Shown here: in pieces, positions 48,309 through 57,347 of the stretch | Numbering within the stretch: the first letter of the stretch is position 1 | Layout of the letters: each line of letters starts with the position of its first letter | Source: an uncultured Actinomycetes bacterium | GTDB taxonomy: Bacteria; Actinomycetota; UBA4738; HRBIN12 | Reading direction: 5' to 3' | Length of the DNA stretch: 64,000 bases | NCBI GenBank assembly: GCA_963704725.1 | Contig: OY969934.1 | Coordinates: 288,001 to 352,000 of the forward strand | Notes under the pieces: generated by a model | The model's input: only the letters and a program-made list of their open reading frames with translations | Databases searched by the model: none | Told to the model about the DNA's origin: nothing | Made by a program: the position numbers and the translations under genes

Positions 48309-48917
48309 GTGACGCGCACGGGCGGCGAGGTCCGGCGCCACGCGCTCATCGAGGAGGCCATCCGCGCGTTCGGCCGCGAGGGCTACTCGGGCGCGAGCCT
48401 CGAGCAGATCGCGACCGCCGTCGGGATCCGCAAGCAGACCCTCCTGTACTACTTCCCGACCAAGGATGCGCTCCTCGAGGCGTGCCTCCAGGCCGCCGGT
48501 CAGCGCGTCGCCCAGGACGTCGTCGCCGCCCTCGAGGGCAAGGAGACCTACTGGGACCGGGCCGAGGCGGTCATCCACGCCGTCTTCCGCCTCGCCGAGG
48601 AGTGGCCCGAGTTCCCCATGTTCGTTCGGGAGGCGGGTCGGCTCGGCGCCGAGGGGTTCGAACGGTTCGCGAGCGTGATCGACCCGCTGAGGAAGCGGGC
48701 AGTGGACTTCCTCCAGGCCGGGATGGATGCGGGGGAGATCCGAGAGCAGGACCCCGCGTTGCTGCTGTTCATGCTGTACACGGCGGTGGTGGGATCGCTC
48801 ACTGAGGCGAGCGTCCTGAATGCCGTGGTCGGAAAGGACAGGAGCCGCGCTTCACTTCGTCGGCGTGAACGAGAGGTTGTCTCGTTCGTTCGGGGCGCCC
48901 TGGCGCCCGCCGTGTAG
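48309..48917 (+). CDS. TetR/AcrR regulator
   Basis: GYSGASLEQIATAVGIRKQTLLYYFPTKDAL. Confidence 0.93.
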   Translation: MTRTGGEVRRHALIEEAIRAFGREGYSGASLEQIATAVGIRKQTLLYYFPTKDALLEACLQAAGQRVAQDVVAALEGKETYWDRAEAVIHAVFRLAEEWPEFPMFVREAGRLGAEGFERFASVIDPLRKRAVDFLQAGMDAGEIREQDPALLLFMLYTAVVGSLTEASVLNAVVGKDRSRASLRRREREVVSFVRGALAPAV

Positions 48918-48939
48918 TCCTCGCCCTTCTTTGACAGGT

Positions 48940-49326
48940 CTAGGCAGTTTGCGCGAGGCGCCTGGGATTGCCCGTGAAGCTCTCCTCGTGCGCCACACCC
49001 GTCACCGAAACAGGGGCCTGCTGTGCTGACGTCACGGCCTCTCGCAAGGCGGCCAGGAGGTTGTTGCTTGTCCCGGTTCCTGCCTCGACCGTGTACCTGG
49101 GGCTGAGGTAGGCCTTGAGCGCTTGCCGCACCACATCTGAGTAGCTGACGTCGAGGTCTCTTGCGGCACGCCGCAGTAGTTCTGCATCTTCTGAAGACAA
49201 GCGGACGGTAATTGTGGCGCCCAGTGGTCGGCGCGGGGCGCCGGCTTCAGACGTCTCGTCCTCACCCCACACATTCGAGTCGTCCTTGTGAGCCTGGTAG
49301 AAGGCTGCGCGCTCCATATCCGACAT
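48940..49326 (-). CDS. RHH/CopG-like antitoxin with C-terminal extension
   Basis: TITVRLSSEDAELLRRAA..SYSDVVRQAL, downstream of a BrnT-like gene. Confidence 0.7.
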   Translation of the reverse strand: MSDMERAAFYQAHKDDSNVWGEDETSEAGAPRRPLGATITVRLSSEDAELLRRAARDLDVSYSDVVRQALKAYLSPRYTVEAGTGTSNNLLAALREAVTSAQQAPVSVTGVAHEESFTGNPRRLAQTA

Positions 49327-49341
49327 CTCCGCTCCTCGCTT

Positions 49342-49626
49342 TCACTTCGCCAAGTACTTCGCTTCCTCTTCCTTCGTAGGCCGCCAGCCGGTAACTGCCC
49401 TAAGCCACAGCGTCCGTTCGTTCATCGAGACCACGATCGTAAGCGGTCGGCCAGCGTCGGTGCGACCGACCATCTTCCAGTCTGCGCTCCCGCCGGCCTT
49501 ATTCGGAGCCCACTTGGGTGCGTTCCAGAAGACTTCCTCGACTTCCCAAGGGCGGATCTCGTGTGCCGCAAGCTCGCTCTCGTTCGCTTCATCCCACTCC
49601 AACCCCTCGCTGTCCCTTGGGTGCAC
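49342..49626 (-). CDS. BrnT-like ribonuclease toxin
   Basis: LEWDEAN..HEI..EVEEVF..GRTDAGRPLTIV..RAVTGW..EE..Y. Confidence 0.8.
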   Translation of the reverse strand: MHPRDSEGLEWDEANESELAAHEIRPWEVEEVFWNAPKWAPNKAGGSADWKMVGRTDAGRPLTIVVSMNERTLWLRAVTGWRPTKEEEAKYLAK

Positions 49627-49661
49627 TTGTCAACTCCCGCCATCTGTCTTACACTTCAGCC

Positions 49662-49679
49662 CAGAATGTAATACATCTG
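49662..49679. promoter_or_regulatory. palindrome in the divergent TA/DUF6941 promoter
   Basis: CAGA-ATGTA-A-TACAT-CTG in an AT-rich spacer. Confidence 0.5.
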
Positions 49680-49694
49680 AAAGGGGTCGACAAC

Positions 49695-50120
49695 ATGCAG
49701 GTTGACTACGTGGTCCTGGCGGATGCCGCCGTGACGGCGGACGGGAAGCACTACATCCACGGTGCTGGGTGGGACACGATCTACGCGGCGGCGTTCCCAG
49801 TGCAACACCCGCTGCTTGCCGTGGCTGTGCGGCTCCGAGTGCCGTGGACGGCGACGAACCAGCCCCATTCGCTGGAGTTGGATATCGTCGATGAGGACGG
49901 GCGCTCAGCGTTGCCGGAGCCGCCAGGCGTGCTGAAGGGTGAAATCAACGTTGGCCGACCGCCTCAACTGCAGCCGTCCCAAGACCAAGTTGTCCCCCTG
50001 ACCTTCAATCTGCGGTCGCTCACCTTTGAGAAGCCAGGAGGCTACTCCGTTGTGGTCCGCGTCGACGGAAGCGAGGAAGGAAGATCGCCATTCAAGGTCG
50101 CTGAAGTGCTTGGTGGCTGA
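49695..50120 (+). CDS. DUF6941-like protein
   Basis: VLADAA..GKHYIHGAGWD..LRVPW..PGGYSVVVRVDG. Family name from recognition only. Confidence 0.7.
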   Translation: MQVDYVVLADAAVTADGKHYIHGAGWDTIYAAAFPVQHPLLAVAVRLRVPWTATNQPHSLELDIVDEDGRSALPEPPGVLKGEINVGRPPQLQPSQDQVVPLTFNLRSLTFEKPGGYSVVVRVDGSEEGRSPFKVAEVLGG

Positions 50121-50165
50121 TTGGCCAGTCGAAGCCAGTGACGGGGAAGGTGCGCGAGGCCGCTG

Positions 50166-50855
50166 CTAGGGGCCCGCCAGGAGATGCTCGAGGCCATCCA
50201 GGATCAGGTCGAGCGCGAACTCGAACTCGAACTGGTCGTCGCACCCCTCGCCGACCACCGCGCCGCCCTCGTCGTGCGTCCCCATGGCCACCGGGATCAG
50301 CTTCGCGATGTTCGGGTAGGCGTCGGCCATCTGCGTCCACATCTCGGCCGCTTCCTCCTCGGGCATGCTCGACGTGTCGTCGAACAGCTCCTGCGAGAAC
50401 CCCAGGATCCGACTGCCCATCACGTGCATCGCGTGGTGCGTCAGGTCGATCGAGAAGCCGCCGGCGAGGAAGACGCCCATCATCGAGTCCATGTAGGCGA
50501 TGACGGTCGGCGTCGGCTCGCCGCGGGACTCGAGCACGCGCGAGGCCCAGGGGTGGCGCAGCAGCGCGCGTCGGGCGGACAGGATCCGCTCGCGCATCGT
50601 CGTCTTCCACTCCGCGCCCTCGATCGGCGGGTCGATCTCGCCGACGACGACGTCGATCATCCCGTCGAGGAGCTCGCCCTTGTCGGCGACGTGTTTGTAG
50701 AGCGCCATCGGCACGACGCCGAGCTCCTGGGCGATCCGCCGCATGCTGATCGACTCGACGCCGCCCTCGTCGGCCAGGGCCACCGCCGCCCGGAGGATCC
50801 GCTCGCGGCTGAGCGGCTCGCGGGGACGTGCCTCGACCTCGGCCTTCGCGCTCAT
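50166..50855 (-). CDS. TetR regulator (TetR_C type)
   Basis: LSRERIL..SMRRIAQELGVVPMALYKHV..FEFALDLILDGL. Confidence 0.93.
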   Translation of the reverse strand: MSAKAEVEARPREPLSRERILRAAVALADEGGVESISMRRIAQELGVVPMALYKHVADKGELLDGMIDVVVGEIDPPIEGAEWKTTMRERILSARRALLRHPWASRVLESRGEPTPTVIAYMDSMMGVFLAGGFSIDLTHHAMHVMGSRILGFSQELFDDTSSMPEEEAAEMWTQMADAYPNIAKLIPVAMGTHDEGGAVVGEGCDDQFEFEFALDLILDGLEHLLAGP

Positions 50856-50878
50856 CTCACCCCCGTCCGGAATCTGAC

Positions 50879-50934
50879 TTGACGAGTGTACGACGTACAC
50901 CCTAGGATACGCGCGCAGGTGTACGGCGTACACC
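50879..50934 (+). promoter_or_regulatory. promoter with two TetR-type operators
   Basis: GTGTACGACGTACAC (50886-50900) and GTGTACGGCGTACAC (50919-50933); TTGACG-18 nt-TAGGAT. Confidence 0.8.
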
Positions 50935-50988
50935 AGCGAACGAGGGGCCGGCGGAGGGGCTCGCCGGCGGGACGGATCGGAGGGATCC

Positions 50989-51681
50989 ATGGCTTCGGAG
51001 AGACGGCTCGCGAGGATCGCAGGTCTGCTGTACCTGGCGGTCGCCGTGCTCGGCGGCTTCGCGGAGCTCTACGTGCGCGACCGCATCGTCGAGCTCGGGG
51101 ACCCGGCCGCGACGGCCGGGAACATCCGGGCGTCGGCCACGCTGTTCCGCGCCGGATTCGTCGCGGACCTCGCCCAGGCGACGATCTTCCTGTTCACCGC
51201 GATGGCGCTGTACCTGCTGCTCCGCGGCGTGAACGAGCTGGTGGCGCGCGCGATGGTCGTCATCGTCGCGGTGAGCGTCGCGATCATGTGCCTGAACCTG
51301 CTCAACCAGTTCACGGCGCTCCAGCTCGCCACCGGCGAGACGGCCGGATCCGCCGCCCAGGCGGGGCTGTTCGCCGAGATGCACCACGCCGGGTACCTGA
51401 TCGCGCAGGTCTTCTTCGGCCTGTGGCTGCTGCCGCTCGGCTACCTGGTCGTGCGGTCCGGATGGTTCCCGAAGGCGATCGGCGTCCTGCTGATCGCGGG
51501 GTGCTTCGGCTACCTGATCGACACGTTCGCGCGGTTCCTGGCTCCGAGCGTCGCGGACGGGATCGGGGCGGTCGTCCTCGTGCCGGCGGCGATCGGGGAG
51601 CTGTCGTTCGTGGCCTGGTTGCTCGTCAAGGGCGTGCGCGTCCGCGAGCGCGACGCGCTCGTGCCCGCGGTGGCGGCGTAG
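50989..51681 (+). CDS. DUF4386 membrane protein
   Basis: ARIAGLLYL..FFGLWLLPLGYL..GEL..WLLVKG. Confidence 0.85.
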   Translation: MASERRLARIAGLLYLAVAVLGGFAELYVRDRIVELGDPAATAGNIRASATLFRAGFVADLAQATIFLFTAMALYLLLRGVNELVARAMVVIVAVSVAIMCLNLLNQFTALQLATGETAGSAAQAGLFAEMHHAGYLIAQVFFGLWLLPLGYLVVRSGWFPKAIGVLLIAGCFGYLIDTFARFLAPSVADGIGAVVLVPAAIGELSFVAWLLVKGVRVRERDALVPAVAA

Positions 51682-51700
51682 GTCGAGAGAGGAGATGGCG

Positions 51701-52663
51701 ATGAAGGCGATCGTGCAGGACAGGTACGGGACCGCGGACGTGCTCGAGTTCCGGGACGTGCCGGAGCCGGACGTGGGGGAGGGCGAGGTCCGCATCCGGG
51801 TGCGGGCGGCGGGCGCGGGGCCCGACGTGTGGCACCTCATGACGGGGCAGCCGTACTTCGCGCGGCTCATGCCGGGGTTCCGGAAGATCTGGGGGCACCC
51901 CCGCGGCCGCGACGTGGCCGGCGTCGTCGAGTCCGTCGGCGCGAAGGTCACCGGGCTCGCGCCCGGCGACGAGGTGATGGGCATCGCCGAGGGCACGTTC
52001 GCCGAGCTCGCGGTGGGCACGGCCGAGCTCGTCGTCCCCAAGCCGTCGAGGCTCTCGTTCGAGGAGGCCGCCGCGGCGCCGATCTCGGGCCTCACGGCGG
52101 TCCAGGCGATCCGCGATTTCGCGAAGGTGAAGCCCGGGCAGCGCGTGCTCGTGATCGGCGCGGGCGGCGGCGCCGGCACCCTGACCGTGCAGGTCGCGAA
52201 GGCCTTCGGCGCCCACGTCACCGGGGTGGCGAGCACGTCGAAGCTCGAGCTCGTGCGCTCGGTCGGCGCCGACGAGGTCATCGACTACACGCGCCAGGAG
52301 CTCGCCGGCCGGTGGGACGCGATCGTCGACACGGCCGGCCGGCGTCCGCTCCGCGTGCTCCGCAAGCTCCTCACGCCGACCGGTGTGCTCGGGATCGTCG
52401 GCGGCGACGGCGGCGGGCGGTGGACGGGCGGGTTCTTCCGCCAGGTCCTCCGCGCGCCGATCGTCTCGCTGTTCACGAGGCAGCGGCTCGGCCCGGTGAT
52501 CGCGAAGGAGAAGGGCGAGGACCTGCGCGCGCTCGCCGAGCTGATCGAGCGCGGCGACGTCACGCCGGTCGTCGGCCGGACGTTCCCGCTGATCGAGGCC
52601 GCCGACGCGATCCGCCACATCGAGGGCGGTCACGCCGCCGGCAAGGTCGTCGTGACGGTCTGA
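51701..52663 (+). CDS. NAD(P)-dependent MDR oxidoreductase (quinone reductase-like)
   Basis: MKAIVQDRYG, GRDVAGVV, GAGGGAG, GHAAGKVVV. Confidence 0.92.
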   Translation: MKAIVQDRYGTADVLEFRDVPEPDVGEGEVRIRVRAAGAGPDVWHLMTGQPYFARLMPGFRKIWGHPRGRDVAGVVESVGAKVTGLAPGDEVMGIAEGTFAELAVGTAELVVPKPSRLSFEEAAAAPISGLTAVQAIRDFAKVKPGQRVLVIGAGGGAGTLTVQVAKAFGAHVTGVASTSKLELVRSVGADEVIDYTRQELAGRWDAIVDTAGRRPLRVLRKLLTPTGVLGIVGGDGGGRWTGGFFRQVLRAPIVSLFTRQRLGPVIAKEKGEDLRALAELIERGDVTPVVGRTFPLIEAADAIRHIEGGHAAGKVVVTV

Positions 52664-52813
52664 TCACCGCTCTTGGATGGCCTGCACGGGTGCGAGCCGG
52701 CAGCCATCCGCCGCCCGGAGGCGCTCGAGGATCTCGATCGTGCCGATGTGCGCGACCCCCCGCGCCCAGCCGCTCCCGAGCGCGAGGCCGATCCGCGGTC
52801 GGCGTGAGCTCAT
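52664..52813 (-). pseudogene. truncated patatin-like phospholipase
   Basis: RIGLALGSGWARGVAHIG (patatin glycine loop), then an early stop at the block edge. Confidence 0.7.
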
Positions 52814-53346
52814 CGTCGGCTCGCACCTGCGGCTTTGACCGGCTCGGCCTCGGGCCACTCGGGAGGCGGGCCGTACTCGGCGGCGAGACGGTCGAGGACC
52901 GCCTGACGGCGCTCGGGCGGCAGCTCCTGCAGCAGCGGGAGGTAGAGATGCTCGAGCTTCTCGAGGTGCAGCCGGACGATCGCCTCGAGCTGCGCCGCGA
53001 GGCGTTGGATCCGCTCCGTGCCGTCGCGCTGGGCCTCCGGGGGTGCGCCGAGGGTCAGGAGCGCGAGCCCCTCCGCCTCGTTCATCGTGTCGTCGATCGC
53101 GCGGATGTCGAAGATCATCGGCGCCATCACCTCGTCGTCCGAACGGACGAGCGGCGCCACGACGGGGAAGAGCGCCGACTCGTTCGCTTGCATGTACCGG
53201 ATGACGTCCTCGGCCAGCGACGACAGCGCGTCCCCGAGCAGGGGCTCGTCGTCGTTCGCGCGCTCGTCGAGTTGACCGAGCGCCGCTTCGATGCGCGTCC
53301 GGAACGCGCGATGGTAGGACCGGATGATGTCCTCTGCGTCGACCAT
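52810..53346 (-). CDS. hemerythrin/HHE-like protein (degenerate metal ligands)
   Basis: Helical repeat ..ESALFP.. and ..HLEKLEHLYLP. Confidence 0.65.
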   Translation of the reverse strand: MVDAEDIIRSYHRAFRTRIEAALGQLDERANDDEPLLGDALSSLAEDVIRYMQANESALFPVVAPLVRSDDEVMAPMIFDIRAIDDTMNEAEGLALLTLGAPPEAQRDGTERIQRLAAQLEAIVRLHLEKLEHLYLPLLQELPPERRQAVLDRLAAEYGPPPEWPEAEPVKAAGASRR

Positions 53347-53350
53347 GTCC

Positions 53351-54420
53351 TCACACCTCCTCATCGGGGCCCGTGTCCTGCCCCTCGATCGGGATCCACA
53401 GCTCCAGCGTCATGCCGTGACCGGATGACGCCGACGCGTCGACGCGTCCGCCGATCGGGCTGAGCCGCCGGCGGATCGGGTCGAGCACGGTGTTTCGCCA
53501 GGCATGCGGGTCCGTCGTTCCGTCGTCGAAGATCGTGACCAGGAGCCCTCCGTCACGTTCGGCGAGCTCCACCTCGATCCGCGAGGCGTCGACGTTCGTC
53601 TCGAGGAACGCGAGGATCTCGCGCACCATCTCGTGGGCGATCGTCGCGACATCGACGGGCAGCGGCTCCGTCAACCGGTCGCGGACCTCGTGGGTCACGG
53701 TCGTGCGGCGCCCGACCTCGCCGAAAGCGATCTCGATCGCCGCCGCGAGTCCGGTCTGCTCCTGAACGGGTCGACGAAGCCCGGACACCATGGCTCTGGT
53801 CGACCTGGTTGCCGCGTCGAGCGCCTCGCCGAGGCGCTGGGCCTCAGCGAGGTTCCCGGGCGCGAGGCTCTCGTTCAGGAGGTAGAGCCGGAGCGTCGCG
53901 ACGGTCAGGTGCTGAAGCGTGGACTCGTGGAGCTCGTTCGCGATCCGAGCGCGCTCCTCGCCGACGGCGAGATCCAGCCGGGCGCTCAGCCGACGGCGTT
54001 CGACCGCCGGCGCCCGGACCGATCGACGGGACCGATCAAGCTCGTCGGTGCGAGCCAGTTCGTCCGAGACGTCTTCGCCCATCGCGAGGACGTACTCGGT
54101 GCCGTCCGCCTCGACGAGCTCGGCGGACCCGCGCAGCACCCGGACCATGCCGTCCTTCGAGCGGAGCTCGACCGCGACGCCCGAGACAGGACGGCCGCCC
54201 CTGAGCTCCTCGAGGATGCGCCCGATGAGGTCGCGATCGACCCAGAGGCCGAGGTCCGCGGGGCGCTTCCCGAGCACCTCGTCGCGATCGAAGCCGGTCA
54301 CGCGGAGGAACGCGTCGTTGACGTCGACGATCCGTTCCCCGGCGGGCGCGAGCACCGTCGCGGGGTCGGCCGTCAGGTCGAACGCTCGGGCGCGGACCGG
54401 GTCGAGATCGTGGTTGCTCG

Positions 54421-54424
<4 letters not shown>
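53351..54424 (-). CDS. PAS + HisKA_3 sensor kinase-like protein
   Basis: VNDAFLRVTGFDRDEVLGK (PAS), ERARIANELHE (H-box), degenerate ATPase domain. Confidence 0.8.
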
Positions 54425-56325
<1,901 letters not shown>

Positions 56326-56424
56326 CGTGAGCCTCCCCTTCTCGGGAACCCGCTCCGGCACCGGTCGTGCCCCTCGCGTGGTTCCATCCGATAGCCCCAC
56401 TCTCGGTCCGGGCCCCGGCCCTCA

Positions 56425-56454
56425 CATCCGTGGGACCACCGGCGCGTCCACCGG
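56425..56454 (-). promoter_or_regulatory. triple-hexamer activator site upstream of ftsH
   Basis: CCGGTG-N6-CCGGTG-N6-CGGATG, with GAGAGT 20 nt downstream. Confidence 0.65.
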
Positions 56455-56535
56455 TGTGTCGCGAGCGCTGGCGCCCCCTCGACACGGCGGACGCCGGCGC
56501 CACGGGGGCGCCGGCGTCCGGGTCGATCCGTCGGG

Positions 56536-57156
56536 TCAGCTGCGGGGCCGGTCGAGCTCCTTCGAGATCGAACGCATCTCGAACGCGAGCACGATCTCCG
56601 AGAAGCCTCGGAACATCGCGTAGAACCCCACCCACACCAGGACGAGCGCGGCCTGGGCCGGATACAGCTGCTGCGACGCCCAGAAACCGAGCAGGGTCTC
56701 GAGGATCCCGACCACGAGGCCGAGGCCCCAGATCGGGTTCACGATCCGCGACATCGTCGAGGCGATGATCTGCACCGATCCGCGGAGGATCAGCAGCAGC
56801 CCGAACACCGCCGCGAGCGCCCAGAAGGACTCGATCGGCCGGATGAAGCACCACGTCGCACCAGCGACGAACGCCACCGAGAGCAGCACGTGCACCCATC
56901 GCCCGGACGGGCGGACGGCGGCGATGAAGGCCTCGTCCGCGCCGGACAGCAGGAACACCACCCCGAGCAGACCGCCGACGGTGGCGATGGAGGCAACGTC
57001 GAACCGCAGGACCAGCGCCGCGATCAGCATCCAAGCCACGCCGGCGACCGCGAAGAGCCACCATCCGCCGGTCATCAACCGCGCGGCGTCGCGTGCCGCA
57101 TCGCCGGCGCCTTCCGTGTGGAGCGTGAACGGACGCTCCGGGTTGCTCATCGACAT
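56536..57156 (-). CDS. HdeD/DUF308 membrane protein
   Basis: Six-TM repeat: WWLFAVAGVAW..GILETLLGFW..VGFYAMFRG. Confidence 0.85.
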   Translation of the reverse strand: MSMSNPERPFTLHTEGAGDAARDAARLMTGGWWLFAVAGVAWMLIAALVLRFDVASIATVGGLLGVVFLLSGADEAFIAAVRPSGRWVHVLLSVAFVAGATWCFIRPIESFWALAAVFGLLLILRGSVQIIASTMSRIVNPIWGLGLVVGILETLLGFWASQQLYPAQAALVLVWVGFYAMFRGFSEIVLAFEMRSISKELDRPRS

Positions 57157-57238
57157 CGTTCTCTCCTTCCCTTCCGTGTCCGGGCTCTCTTCCGGCCCGG
57201 GAACCGACACCGACTCTCGTCGTGGCCGACCCCGGCCG

Positions 57239-57268
57239 CATCCGTGGACCCACCGGTTGGAGCACCGG
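57239..57268 (-). promoter_or_regulatory. triple-hexamer activator site upstream of the DUF308 gene
   Basis: CCGGTG-N6-CCGGTG-N6-CGGATG, with GAGAGT 20 nt downstream. Confidence 0.65.
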
Positions 57269-57347
57269 CCACCCGGCGGCTCGCCTCGCCGGAGCCGGAA
57301 CGCGTGCCGGGGTAGGCTTCGACGGGCGAGGATCGCGGGGGGCGCGG

